Positions 12,721 through 26,055 of a DNA stretch of 42,706 nucleotides are shown here, piece by piece; position 1 is the first letter of the stretch; every line of letters starts with the position of its first letter. Source of the stretch: Octopus bimaculoides (lineage: Eukaryota); contig NC_068982.1 in assembly GCF_001194135.2 (NCBI RefSeq), positions 181,507,054-181,549,759 of the forward strand, read 5' to 3'. The position numbers and the translations under genes were made by a program. The notes beneath the pieces are model-generated. The model made no database searches. It had not been told where the DNA came from and was given only the letters and a program-made list of their open reading frames with translations.

Positions 12721-13516
12721 GAAATACTGACTCCTCTTTCCTATCTGTTTCTCGTTCTGTTACAAATAATAACTCTTAACCCAAACATTAATCTTTGACG
12801 AAGCAAACATAAGCAAGTCACATTAAATTATTGGCAAGAGAGGCTCACTGCACAGCAAGCTAAATTTGTTTATTCTAAGTATGCACAATATATCATCAAT
12901 GTTATAGTATTCTACAATTTGAAACACTCTTAATAAGCATTTGTAGGGAAAACATTTCGTACTTCCACGTCTCCGACTTAATTTTCACAATTTGAATCTC
13001 ATAAAAAAAAGGAGTAACGAAAAATTTCAATTCATGTATGGATAGTTTTCTATTAAAATGCGGATTACAAGTGTTTCAAAATGTATTTCTACTAATACAT
13101 GACAAAAACTGATGTGGCTTCTACGATGAGACTATGAGTAGACGTTTAAGAAGTATGGCTTAAAATGTTTTTAAAAAGTCCTTCTTAGAATGACTGAAAT
13201 ACAGGACGCTATAAAATGTGGACAAATTCCGGAAAAAGAAAATCTACTGAGGAATACCGATTTATGTAAGACTGTCATTCTGAAAGTCCGACAAATATAA
13301 ATTAATTGCATTTATTTTTTTTTAATTCGTAATGATAGGGTTTTTAATATATTAATTTGAAAGAAAAATGGAAAACACCGGAAAAAGAAAGCGTCTGGTA
13401 AACCCCAGTTAGAATCCTACTGCAAGTACTTCATCCGATACTCCACCACTGATAAAAAAAAAAACAAATCATTATAGTTCCTTATAACTTACAATACTTC
13501 TCTGAGGATTTGAGCA

Positions 13517-13859
13517 NNNNNNNNNNNNNNNNNNNNNNNNNNNNNNNNNNNNNNNNNNNNNNNNNNNNNNNNNNNNNNNNNNNNNNNNNNNNNNNNNNNN
13601 NNNNNNNNNNNNNNNNNNNNNNNNNNNNNNNNNNNNNNNNNNNNNNNNNNNNNNNNNNNNNNNNNNNNNNNNNNNNNNNNNNNNNNNNNNNNNNNNNNNN
13701 NNNNNNNNNNNNNNNNNNNNNNNNNNNNNNNNNNNNNNNNNNNNNNNNNNNNNNNNNNNNNNNNNNNNNNNNNNNNNNNNNNNNNNNNNNNNNNNNNNNN
13801 NNNNNNNNNNNNNNNNNNNNNNNNNNNNNNNNNNNNNNNNNNNNNNNNNNNNNNNNNNN
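13517..13859. other. assembly gap
   Basis: N run. Confidence 1.
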
Positions 13860-15364
13860 TATATATATATATATATATATTCGTGTCCTCTTGTTATTGC
13901 TGTTATTGCAGTCGTCGTTGTTGTTGTCGATGTTACTTTTGTCCAGTCATAGGTTTTCTTCTTTCTAGGGCACTCTGGTGTCAATTTAATGACCAGTTTC
14001 ATCAATGAAATGTTGGTATTTTTGGGACTAATTTTTCTTGTGCTGACTTGTAATTAGCTTTCTTAGGGCAGCCGTTTTTTCAGTTCGATTTTTAAACACT
14101 ATTTTCCAATCTTGAGTGTAACTACCCCATTATCGCTCCGTTTTTCTTCAGCGACACATCTGGAACAATCCCCCGCCCCAGATGGGGGAGTACCTTCCAT
14201 TTTCGGAATAACCGGTCTATATTATCCCAGCATTTTAGGTATATATCATTTCGCTTATGCACTGGAGACGTAGACTAGAGGCAGTGTTCGTGTAGTAAAT
14301 GTTGAGAACTCGGTTGAACGCCGATTTTCAATACACTATATCACATATGCTAGACCCTACAATATCGGGTATAGAAACATTTATAAAGCAATTTCAATCA
14401 TGTAATGGGAACAGTGCGATACATTTCAAAATTATTCCCAATATTAATAAATTTTCATTTTATATTAAATTAAAGACTATGATCGAATTTCCATATATAC
14501 GAATACGTCCTATTTTATGATTATTTCAAGAAATACCGAATAAATAATTTATTGGTATAATCTTTGATCTAGAAATATTATTTCATCAAGTATTTCGAAT
14601 AAGTAATGGGACTGAAGCATTTCTGAACTGATCTTTATATGAATATAGTATATATCCAAAATCCTAAAAGCAATTTTCTCTCAGATATTCAAATATTCTC
14701 GGATAGAATATTGAAATACAATTCCTAGGTGAGGATAATGAGAAAGTGTGATGTATTTGTAAAAGAGTATTAAGCGTATAATTTATGTGAAAGGGATAAA
14801 ATTATGAATTGAAACATGAATGCCGCCACGTCTCGCCGGGGTCTCAGAATATCAACAAAATTTGGCCTTTAAGGTAATGACATAATCCCGATTGCCACGT
14901 TTATATACATACATATACATACATTTATATATATATATATATATATATATCTCACAATACCTTATATTAGTTTTTCGTGTGTCTCTCTATACTGTAACTC
15001 TATATTGAAAACGACCACAAAAATCAGAAATAAGCAGACATGCATACACACATATATAGGGATATGCAAATTTACACGCATACACACTCACGCGCACACA
15101 GATATACATATATATGTAAACTTATACACGTACACATGCACACGCACACACACACATATATAGATATATATGTATGTATGTATGTATGCATGCATGCATG
15201 TATACGTATTCTTAAAGTGCAAGAGATCAAGTGAAGAAGGTACCTAAATAGTAAAGCACCAAGTTCGGATCAAAGATATAGTAATCGTGTACAAAACAAA
15301 GTTAGAGGAGCATATACGTATGCATGTACCCAAGTACAACTTGATTAATATTCCTATTACAAAG

Positions 15365-15576
15365 AAGGTGTGCTGTCAGAAACGTTAGCATGCCGGTGAA
15401 ATGCTTAGCGGTATTTCGTCTGCCTTTACATTCTGAGTTCAAATACATCCAGAGTCTACTTTGCGTTTCATCCTTTCGGGGTCGATAATTTAAGCACCAG
15501 TTGGTTACCGAGGCCGATCTAATCGACTGGCTCCCTCCCCAAAAATTTCGAGCGTTGTGCCTAGAGTAGTAAAGAA
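15365..15576 (+). mobile_element. tRNA-derived SINE (family C)
   Basis: gctgtcagaaacgttagc...ctgagttcaaat (B-box-like)...tcatcctttcggggtcgat...ttgtgcctagagtag. It is homologous to 26364-26535 and 27866-28073. Confidence 0.82.
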
Positions 15577-16619
15577 AAGAATATTCCAGCTGCATACATC
15601 ATCACGAGCGCCCGACTGAATATACCAGAAGTCTAAAGCTTGTACCTATGAGCGCACACTGCACCAATTGTACTGACGCTTAATAGACACCAGGCCCATG
15701 CCAATTGCAATTTCCGAGTGAGGGGAATAATAATAAATAACATATTTGTATGAGTAACGTATGTAATGATATATGGACGCATCTGAATGTGTGTAGGGTC
15801 TTTTCACTTTCATTTTCATTTTATTTTACTTTATTTTATTTTTGATATTGATTTTATGTTGTACATTTAACATTGTACCCTTACAGAGGTATGAGTGTTT
15901 TATTTATGAATTCTACTTGTTGCTTACTTTATATTATCTGTGATTTTTTTTTCTGGCTGGGAATGTGTAGTCCCCAGCTAAATATCCTTATTTTCTATGA
16001 ATTGGAACAAGATATCAAATTCGTATCCCTTAATATATTTTCTTCCTACTACTATATATGTAAAATCATTGTTACTTATATAGGCATACGCATATTCATC
16101 AATCTTTTCGTATATTAGTGATAATTTAGCATTTACCAACGTTGATAAAAATTTTAAAAATTACATAATTGACCCTTATATTACCAACACAAAATCTCAT
16201 CTTTCGAATACTACTGTGAACGCTATATATTTGCTGACTTTGGATCGCTAATATATTAGTCTAACGACTTTTGATCTCTGATTTATCACTCTCCTAACGT
16301 TAATCTGAAGGAACTCAATGAAAAAAAGCGCTTCATAACGTTCAACTCATACATTGAAAACGTCCCCCAACAAAGACCATCCAACCTCACACACAAGACT
16401 CACCGCACTGAAAACAAATTACTAAAAATACCCATCTTGAGTGGGTTATTATGCAGCCTTGCTACATAAAATATCTTTCCAGCTAATGATACGAAATTAA
16501 TATTTTCCGATTCGGTACCTATCTTTTTAACTAGTCTTTTTTTATGTTGATATCAGGAGCGGTATTTAAATGAAATTAAGCATATTATATAGAAACTGCT
16601 CTTTATTAAAATTCTTTGT

Positions 16620-17171
16620 ATTAGTAAGTCTCAAAGAAGGCGAGAAGCCATTCGGTGTAGGGAACCATGAAGAGGGAGAAATTAAGAAGAAACGAATGAA
16701 TTTGCTTCAGACTTGAAGGAGATAGGGTTATAAGAAGAAGGAGAAAATTAGATTAATGTGAGCTCTAAAGTCTAGCAGTTCAAACTAATAAGCAACGACC
16801 GTAGAAAGACTTCCTTAATTGTGGAAGCGCAGCAACATTTTGATGAAGGCGCTGTGAGATTCGAGTCAGGAGAGATAGCACAACGAGATATGGAAATAAG
16901 AGAGAACATTCATCAGAGCTCTTCCTGTTGCAATAACGATAGAAAAACCAAGTCAGGTGAAGTCACTTCGACGTGACAAGGGTTGCAGAGTTTCAGCTAG
17001 AGAGGAACCTATAAAAGTAGAGGCTGAATTCTGAACGCAGACTAAGAGATCCAAGTAATAAAATGGTGCGTCTGCCCAAATATGATAACGGTATTCCATA
17101 CAAGGGCGAATTGTGTAGTTGTCAAGATACAAAATGGCCTCGAACGTAAGGTGCTCCTTGGACATATACAA
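16620..17171 (-). mobile_element. CR1-group LINE 3' end fragment
   Basis: AILYLDNYTIRPCMEYRYHIWADAPFYYLDLL...LQPLSRRSDFT..FFYRY resembles the IRP.MEY..HIW...HRR..ASL..FY C-terminus of CR1-group ORF2, followed by a 3' UTR-like tail. Confidence 0.8.
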
Positions 17172-17197
17172 TGGACCAACCTAATGGAAAGTAGATG

Positions 17198-17300
17198 TAT
17201 TGTTCATTATTTGCATCGTTTACATTTGACGGATATTTGTCCTCATCTCGTTTGTTGTTAACACAACGTTTCGGCTGATATATCCTCCAGCCTTCATCAG
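17198..17300 (-). ncRNA. repeat tail carrying a minimal type I hammerhead-ribozyme core
   Basis: Minus strand: CTGATGA-AGGCTG-gaggatatat-CAGCC-GAAAC-GTT-GTGTTAACAAC. This gives both conserved boxes, stem II, palindromic AACGTT and a GUU triplet; the stem I 5' arm is not intact. It is homologous to 38027-38143 and 37701-37767. Confidence 0.75.
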
Positions 17301-17419
17301 ATTGATTGTCAGAAACTTGAATATAGATACTGATAGTGAAAATGAATTCTAGAATAGAATAAAGTTTTGAACAGAATGTGCAGACACAAAAATACATATG
17401 TGTGTGTGTATGAGTATAT

Positions 17420-17491
17420 NNNNNNNNNNNNNNNNNNNNNNNNNNNNNNNNNNNNNNNNNNNNNNNNNNNNNNNNNNNNNNNNNNNNNNNN
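17420..17491. other. assembly gap
   Basis: N run flanked by TA repeats. Confidence 1.
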
Positions 17492-17887
17492 TATATATAT
17501 ATGTATATATATATATATATATACACACATATATATAGACAAATTTTGCAGTTCCCTCTCTTAGTTTTTCTGATATGTTTTTTTATGTGTATCGTTTAAC
17601 TTTACCCTTTGCGCGCTCATAAATCCAAATTGTCAGTCCTCTTGTATTGAATCAGAAGAGAACATACATACATGCATGCATTAATACATTAATACATACA
17701 TACATGCATACATACACACATACATACATACATACACGCATGCATACATACATCATAGTTAGGCTCAGGAACGAAACGATTTCTCTAAATGTCGCAAGAA
17801 GCTATCAAAGATTCACAAATAATCAAGTAATTTAAATAACGGTGCTGGAACGCAATCTTGTTAAATTTTGTTGTGTGGGCACACCAT

Positions 17888-18568
17888 ACTGATTTGGTAC
17901 ATGACGTTTATTTTCGCATGTGTAATGCTGAATTCTTAAAACAATCTCAAATATATCTTATTCGATAAACTTATATATGCCTACTCACACATTGTAACTG
18001 TTATTCATAAAAACTTGCGTCGGCGCATGGATAGTCTGGTTCCAGTATTTTACTTTAAATATGAAGATTATTTCGTCGAGATCAAATCAGAATCTGAAAT
18101 TAGTAAACTGCAAAGCATTTGTCTGCTCTTCTGCTGATACTGCCTCACCAACAGATGTTTTGCTACTAATCAGACCATAACTTTACTTTGCAACAGTGTA
18201 GATCATTATACATGTGTATGACTACAATAAACTGTTTTTCTTTCTTTTTTACTAATCATATCTAGTTGATCTTAAACGTGGAGTTTTAAGCATAACCATC
18301 GTCAATGACCTGTAACTTTTCCAACAGATATCTCTCTCATTCTTTCGATGATATTCAAACATCTCACTGACTGTGAATGCCAGCATGCAGTAATATGAAG
18401 AAAGTGGACAGTGTCGATTACTGATTGGTTACATGGCATTTACTTTCGCAAGTGTAATGCTGGGTTCTTATAAACAATCTCACGCATATCATATCTGATA
18501 AACTTATATTTGCCTAATCTCACACATTAACTGACTAGCATTGAAATTTGTGTAGGCGCATGGATAGT
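17888..18568 (+). repeat. diverged ~148-bp direct repeat pair (17888-18035 and 18420-18568)
   Basis: Shared blocks actgat..gg.tacatg, tttcgca.gtgtaatgctg, aaacaatctca, gataaacttatat.tgccta and ggcgcatggatagt. Confidence 0.85.
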
Positions 18569-18676
18569 TATAAGTAATATCTCTAGCAAAAATAACAAAC
18601 GATATCTGGTGTTCGGAATCAAGCTATATCTCAATCTAACACAAATATAATATTATATATATATATATATATATAT

Positions 18677-19550
18677 NNNNNNNNNNNNNNNNNNNNNNNN
18701 NNNNNNNNNNNNNNNNNNNNNNNNNNNNNNNNNNNNNNNNNNNNNNNNNNNNNNNNNNNNNNNNNNNNNNNNNNNNNNNNNNNNNNNNNNNNNNNNNNNN
18801 NNNNNNNNNNNNNNNNNNNNNNNNNNNNNNNNNNNNNNNNNNNNNNNNNNNNNNNNNNNNNNNNNNNNNNNNNNNNNNNNNNNNNNNNNNNNNNNNNNNN
18901 NNNNNNNNNNNNNNNNNNNNNNNNNNNNNNNNNNNNNNNNNNNNNNNNNNNNNNNNNNNNNNNNNNNNNNNNNNNNNNNNNNNNNNNNNNNNNNNNNNNN
19001 NNNNNNNNNNNNNNNNNNNNNNNNNNNNNNNNNNNNNNNNNNNNNNNNNNNNNNNNNNNNNNNNNNNNNNNNNNNNNNNNNNNNNNNNNNNNNNNNNNNN
19101 NNNNNNNNNNNNNNNNNNNNNNNNNNNNNNNNNNNNNNNNNNNNNNNNNNNNNNNNNNNNNNNNNNNNNNNNNNNNNNNNNNNNNNNNNNNNNNNNNNNN
19201 NNNNNNNNNNNNNNNNNNNNNNNNNNNNNNNNNNNNNNNNNNNNNNNNNNNNNNNNNNNNNNNNNNNNNNNNNNNNNNNNNNNNNNNNNNNNNNNNNNNN
19301 NNNNNNNNNNNNNNNNNNNNNNNNNNNNNNNNNNNNNNNNNNNNNNNNNNNNNNNNNNNNNNNNNNNNNNNNNNNNNNNNNNNNNNNNNNNNNNNNNNNN
19401 NNNNNNNNNNNNNNNNNNNNNNNNNNNNNNNNNNNNNNNNNNNNNNNNNNNNNNNNNNNNNNNNNNNNNNNNNNNNNNNNNNNNNNNNNNNNNNNNNNNN
19501 NNNNNNNNNNNNNNNNNNNNNNNNNNNNNNNNNNNNNNNNNNNNNNNNNN
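18677..19550. other. assembly gap
   Basis: N run flanked by (TA)n. Confidence 1.
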
Positions 19551-20387
19551 TATATATAGAAGCGTTATTGTTTGAGCTTCATTATTTCATTATAATACTT
19601 AATCGATAATTTCTTTGGGAATTATTGTACAATAAATAGCAGATGCATTGAAATATATTCCTATCCTGCCTCTACTTATTATTTGAACTAAGTGATTGAT
19701 ATTGTAAAAATATGTGTTAATCCGAAAGTATATGATATACCTTCACAAAACCTGTTGGAAATACTAAGTTTATGGAATAGTGCACAATCTTAATCTGCGT
19801 ATATGGATGAACGTGAACGGAGATTCGTTGTTGAATGTGTAACTCTGGGGGAAAAAAACTTCTAAAATAAGCTCAGAAAATATGAGAAAACAAGACAAAG
19901 ATACAAAATACAGCTAATCTACGTGTCTTGTTCCGTGTACTTCCATGTTAAAAAATAAATAACTTTAAGTAGTAAAAACATGAATACTTTATTTTATTTA
20001 AAGCTACAGTTAAATTCTTGGTCTGAAAAAATATAAAAAAAGTTTGAAATAACCAATGGAAATGTTTATGTTGAATATTTATACAGAGTGGAGTGAAAAC
20101 TGACATCTGGAATAAGAAGAAAAGCCAGTTAAAATTGTATCTCTTCATCAGCTATTTAAAATGAAATTATTGTGAGAAAGTATTTGAAACCAATTGTATT
20201 TTTACAGAAATTCCTCTATCAATATTGAGATATGTCATATATATTTCGGTAAAGTATCTAAAGAAATGTTCAGATTTAACAAATTTTATTTCGGAGGAAG
20301 ATATGCTTCAAAATAAATCATTCTTTATATCACTATCTTGTATTCGACTAACTTTTCACTCCAACCGACATAGCATATGACAATAAG

Positions 20388-20428
<41 letters not shown>

Positions 20429-22688
20429 AGATGTCTTATTTTCGTGCACAGCTGTATACACGTGGTGGGAAATAAAAGTTAGGCTTTTATCTATGAGTGG
20501 TAAACGTCTTTTAAAATTCATACCAACAGGTTACATACAAAGAAACTTCATGATACTCTTTTGCATGCACGAATAATTTAATGTCATCATACATTTTATG
20601 CTACCTTAAACATTTATATTTGGCAAATCCATTCAGAAAACTAGATTACTAGTTAGGTGTTCACATAAGGGAACGAAAGTATGATGGCAGGGATGATAGT
20701 ATGTAAAATATATTACGACTAAATATAGCATGGAAACAATTTATAAATAAAGTATGAGGTGTTAGAAAATAATACTTTCAGTAAAGAGTATATGTACGTT
20801 TGTGAAAGGGAGGACAGGACTTGGATGACGGGAAGATTGCGATTTATGGGATTCGATTGGTGAAGTTAGAAAGCTATAATGTTTAAAATGGCAAAGGCCG
20901 CTCTAGCTTTAGCAGAACAATCGTAAATGCTATGTTGTCAGTTTGTTACGGTATTCATATCTAAAATCTTGTCAATCTGATAGATGTACATTTCCAGTAT
21001 GCTTTCTAGAATATTTATCTTTGTGGAGGTATGCCTTTTACCTGTTTGTAGTCGTAAATAGCCTTAGATATTTGAATTAAGGTTCACGAGTTACTGAAAA
21101 GCAAAAAGCACACATCCTACGCTTGTGTTATTACATTATTCCTCTATATGATTTGAGCTAAAATTAACATTGATTCGATTCAAATGATCAACAATTATTG
21201 ATGCATACTCGATTATATTGGTTCACCTCTTCCCTATACGTTCATAGTCTAAGGCAATGATAGAAATCAAAGTATATAGTAGATGTTTCATACACACATG
21301 AAAGAACAAAACATGACATTTCAGACTAAAAGTATGTGTACAAATGATTCAATATACAAAAAGGATACAATACGTATTAATATGTTGGTTAAATATTATA
21401 ATACTAAAAAAGAGACAAGAATATACAATCAAAAGATATGTTAATGAATGGTTAACATTTTATGGAAGTTTTTTTCAATGATTCAATAATTTTAGAACTA
21501 TATTAGAAGTCGGTCTTGTGTGAGGTAAAACCACATAATAATGAATACTTACTTGAAAGAAGTAAATGTCTATGTAATTGCTTCTTTCCCTTCATTTCTA
21601 TGTGGTTTTCTGTTATGTATGGATGGGATATATGTACGTGAATGTATCTGAACGCCTATAATTGCATTATTACTTTTTGTTGTAAAGAATGAACTCCAAA
21701 AGTTTAATCATATACTTCCATTATTTACAGTGAGTATGCACATATAATCATAAATACATTTAACAAATAATTCCTAGCAATTTATAAACAAAAATGAAAG
21801 ATTAAAATTCATTAGAATATTTTCCTTTCACGAGTTGCCATGCAGATACTTTTCAGGCAGAAGTAATATCGTAATTCAATACTGCAATTTGTCTTACTTT
21901 TCTTATGTAAACAGAAACTTAGATTACAATTTGTTCCTTTGTCTCCACTGTTTTTATTTTGTAAATAGCAACAACTCCGAGTAACCAAACCCAAATTAAT
22001 AAATACTGTAATCGTTTCCACCTCTTACATCCAGGCAATTTTTTTTTTTTTGTAACAACACTGACTTGTATTCTTTCTTCTTTACAGTAGTATAACCTGA
22101 TTGTTTGCTTACTCATTTTAACAGTTCGTATGACTATTTCAAGTTTCTTACTGTAAGCTTGTTAAAATTTTGAAGATATTATGAACATCAGCGTTGAAAT
22201 CCATGTCCTTTTAGATGAGTGTGAATGGATATTTATTTTGCATTCAATCATATTACATACATCCGGCACGAAAACTGAGGATATCAATGTGAGAATTGAC
22301 AGGTATCAATTAATCCGATGAAATTAGCCGTATAATTTCACTGAAAGCCTACTATACCGTCTTAAATAAAGTATAGGTACAGCGAAATATATTTTGCAGA
22401 GATAGAACATAGATGATTTTCATAAACGATTGGATTGCGTTGGATGAGATCTCGTAATACAGAAACAGAACTCTGGGGAAAAATGTCCATGCTTAATACA
22501 TTGTTAGAAAAGAAATAATGTTTAATTCTCCAGGATTCTTCAAATTCGAAAACAGTACTTGCCATACAATATTTTTAATTTTCCTACTTCAAATGTATAT
22601 TAATAATCCCTCCTTACCGTTTCAAAATTTATATAGAATTTCTATATGCATTTATATATGGGGGAAAATGTGTGTATCTATTTGATTG

Positions 22689-22694
<6 letters not shown>

Positions 22695-22737
<43 letters not shown>

Positions 22738-22788
22738 CTGTGTGTGCATGTTTGTAAGTGTGTGTATGTATGTGTGTATGTGTGTGTG
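22695..22788. repeat. (TG)n microsatellite
   Basis: Directly visible. Confidence 0.96.
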
Positions 22789-23419
22789 TTAAAAGCTGCG
22801 GCAATTGAAGTTATATTCTACTATTGTTATTGTGTAAGACTGATTAAACACATATGTGTATAAACAGTTAAGATCATGAAGAAGATGCGTTCGAAATGCT
22901 ATGGATTTGAACCAATAACCATTGGCATTTTAGGCGTCTGGAAACTGTGTGAAAGAAACTCCTCCAATGACATAAGTAAGAGGAAATTTCTGAATACCGA
23001 CTAAAAATTATGAATATCTGTAAATATTTAGTGATATAGGGAGGGCAATTTTCTAGCTCTCTGAAGTTTCAATTTGGTGTTTAGCGCACAGAAGTTCATG
23101 ACAAAATCTGAAATTAGCCATTCCATACAAAAATAGTGAATTGGAAAATTAGTACTAAACATGTTAACAAGGCCTGTAACATTGAGTAAATAAATATCTG
23201 TAAAGCCGCTTTGTGATTCCAGTCTCCAAATGCACAGAATACGAAAATATGAATTACATGAGAAGGCAAAGGAATAAAAAGACTATCAACTGAAAATGAG
23301 TTTGAGCCGGTAGCATGTCCTATCTAATATTAGTCAAGCGGAGCATTGAGGATGTCCCATTTGAAAATATGTTTCATTACACTAACACTCTTCTGATATC
23401 GTTTCCATCGAAGCAGACG

Positions 23420-23480
23420 GGGGCAAAGTGAAATGAAATCGTTTGCTCAAGGTCAAAAACGCACCGCTCATTTGAGGAAT
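23420..23480 (-). mobile_element. SINE family B body fragment
   Basis: gtgaaatgaaatcgtttgctcaaggtcaaaaacgcaccg resembles the reverse complement of the family B body at 6070-6110. Confidence 0.5.
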
Positions 23481-24065
23481 GTAATGTACTGTTTCAAGAT
23501 CGACTGTCGAACAGCCAAGTTCCTTAATCTGATGAAAATAAGATAATGCTGTAATTCATGGTTGTGATGAACAAGAAAAAACAGTTAATCTTAAAATATA
23601 CTGATAACACGAGAAGAGATAACAAAATTACAAATATCAGGTCATGCAGCTCAATAATTTGCTTCAAGTTGCCTCAAATACAAAAAAGTAACGATTCAAA
23701 CAAAACGTAAGCACGTTTTAAAAGTAATCAGATATCATATCTTTTAACTGTATCTGTGCTATTTCGTCAGATATATTTCAAATTGATGAAGCTTCAAAAG
23801 TTATAATATTCCATTTTACCTGATACAACGAAATTTTACAGATATCAGATGAATCTAAGTATTTACGAATGTAGTAATATCATTTGTTGTAAAGCAATTT
23901 TCATGCTTTAATGCGCATATTTTGATGCACCGTTCTGTTGGAATATACTACAATTATGGAGCTTTATATAAATAAGTATCAGAGTTCGTATTCAGAATAT
24001 CTAGGTTCAAAGGAGTGTAGTTGTACATTGAAACACTATCCTAACAACGTCTCTTCTCTGTTTAG

Positions 24066-24397
24066 AAAGGGCTATGCTATATATCATCGGATGGACATTA
24101 CTTCAATTTCGCTTTGATATATCAGGATTAACTCCTGGAGTAGATAATGTAACAAGCATTACACGGAAAATGTTTTATTGGTGTTGTATCCCTCTTCATG
24201 AATTTAATCCACTCCTATTTAGTCTAGATATTTTATTATCGCTACAAACTACAAACTCCATTATTTCTGCGTATTTATCACCTTTTGTTTTCTTTTTATC
24301 TCTGCTCAAAGGTACGTATACGACTAGTTTTACGACTGTCTTCAATCGATGTCTAATCACTTTAGTGTTCTATTGTTACTGCCAGCTATGCTCGTAA
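24066..24397 (+). CDS. possible coding exon or ORF, hydrophobic, product unknown
   Basis: The acceptor tctcttctctgtttag| opens a 110-codon stop-free frame. A donor AAAG|gtacgt at 24311 would give a symmetric 246-nt exon. No recognisable domain. Confidence 0.2.
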
Positions 24398-24804
24398 AGA
24401 ATTGCTAGATGCAAGATGTACGAGTCATAAGATAATTTCAAAGTTATGTCACGTCTATCTTGACTGTAAATGATACTATCCATTAGTCTGAGAAAATTAA
24501 AGCATACTTTTTTTTTGAAAAGGGGCAAGAGTTAAATTTAGCAGAATCGATATTTTCTTGAATTCGAGATTATTATGGACTTCACTTGGCATTTTATCCC
24601 TAGGTAGTATAAACAAAAAAGAAAATTAATTGAAAATATGCTTAAAAAACTGCAATATGTTTAGAAAGTGACAAATATCGGCCATAACTAAGATTACTTA
24701 CACCAGTATGTAATACTGTATATGTGTTTGTGTGCCTGTGTATGTGTTCCTGCGCGCGAATGTGTCTGTATGTATGTATATATATATACGAATATATATG
24801 TTTT

Positions 24805-25110
24805 TCTACCATCACCACTTGATAACCTGTTTTGCTAGGTTTACATCCTCATAACCTACTGATTCTGGAAAAAGAGACGGATAAAATAAGTACAAGGATT
24901 AATATATATATATGTATATTATATAAATAATCATATTTACTATTTACTACATATTTGCTATTTTACTTGTTTTAGTCTTTGGATACTGGCCGTCTTTAAT
25001 GGTTTAGTCGAATAAATCGATCCCAGTACTTAAGAAAAAATAAGTAATGGCAGTAGTTAACTTTTCAAGGTGGTACTCCAGCACTGCCGCTATCCGAAAC
25101 AAGTATAAGG
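24805..25110. mobile_element. SINE 3'-tail fragments in mixed orientation
   Basis: 24805-24900 matches 690-790. 24960-25030 (ttttacttgttttagtc...agtcgaataaatcgatcccagtactta) and 25060-25110 (aaggtggtactccagcactgccgc...gaaacaagta) are opposite-orientation pieces of one tail. Confidence 0.6.
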
Positions 25111-26055
25111 CAGCAAGTGTCTAAGTAAATGGTTAATACGTGTCTTCATATAATGACATTTTAGATAAATACTGCCTTTCAACTTTGCATTCAATCATTT
25201 TTCAAGTTGGACCTAAATAAATGCTTGACTGAGATATAAAACTTTTAAGTAATAACAAAACCCCAATCCGTGGTAAAAAGTTTAAAATTAATTGGATACA
25301 TGCAATATCAATAAGTACAGTGAATTTTAATTCATGGGACGTTTCTCAAAAGAAACCGAACATATAACGAAACTACATGAATATTGGCACGAAGACATGG
25401 TGGCAATGAAAGTTGAAGAGCAAGAGAAGGCAAAATAAACGAATAACATCAGTAGAATTGCCTGTCTTTGCATTACTCACGTTTTCTTTAATAAGACCAT
25501 AATCTATGCCTTAAAATAGGCATAAATTAGTGAAGGGGTACCAAGAGGATAAAATGAAAATTCACTAAAACTGGAAGGAGAAGAGCAAATTATTTCATAG
25601 AAAGACAACGATGGAACAAAAAAAAAAGAAAATACCAGAACAAAAGATAGAAATGATTACAGAAAGTGTAAAGTGATTGTAACTCAGGTGACCACCACAC
25701 GAGTTGCGGTTGGTATTTTGTTTATAGGTAAATAACCCTAAACAACTTAGGTTTACTTTATAGATAAAGGAACCCTAAAAGCTATATATCGCAGCCGTGA
25801 TAAAGGTAGACATGTACAATTTTGGTAGTGTGTTCTGAAGTATATGGTAGTTATAACTTACTAGATTTAGCTACTGCAAGGAAATAGGATAGACACTCTG
25901 GGACAAGTATAAACAATTGTCATTATATATCTACATAGATAAAAAAAAACACACGGTCTGTCTTCGATGCTTTAATCAATGATTTATTGCTTACGGAAAA
26001 TATTACGTAGAAATATTCTTTGTCAAATTATGTATTGATTTCTCAACGCCGGCTC

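Noticed and set aside
14170-14190. GC box cccccgcccc as a promoter
   Set aside because: Single motif with no CpG island or associated first exon.
17888-18568. CRISPR-like or other prokaryotic repeat arrays
   Set aside because: There are only two long diverged units and the context is eukaryotic; no repeat-spacer array occurs anywhere in the window.
20208-22310. Possible GPCR TM3 assembled from 20208-20248 + 22125-22152 (ICHIYFVRMTISSFL) plus IDRY near 22295
   Set aside because: The IDRY piece has no acceptor and is followed by a stop, no other TM exons were found, and the similarity is too short to exceed chance.
22905-22920. Perfect B-box (GGTTCAAATCC on the minus strand)
   Set aside because: No A-box or tRNA fold upstream.
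297-23535. Other CTGATGA boxes (297+, 7389-, 12663+, 16910-, 20145-, 23529+)
   Set aside because: None is followed by a stem II hairpin and GAAA, so they are not hammerheads.
25715-25735. ttttgtttatAG|GTaaat as a recursive splice site
   Set aside because: The host intron is unproven and the motif is expected by chance in AT-rich DNA.
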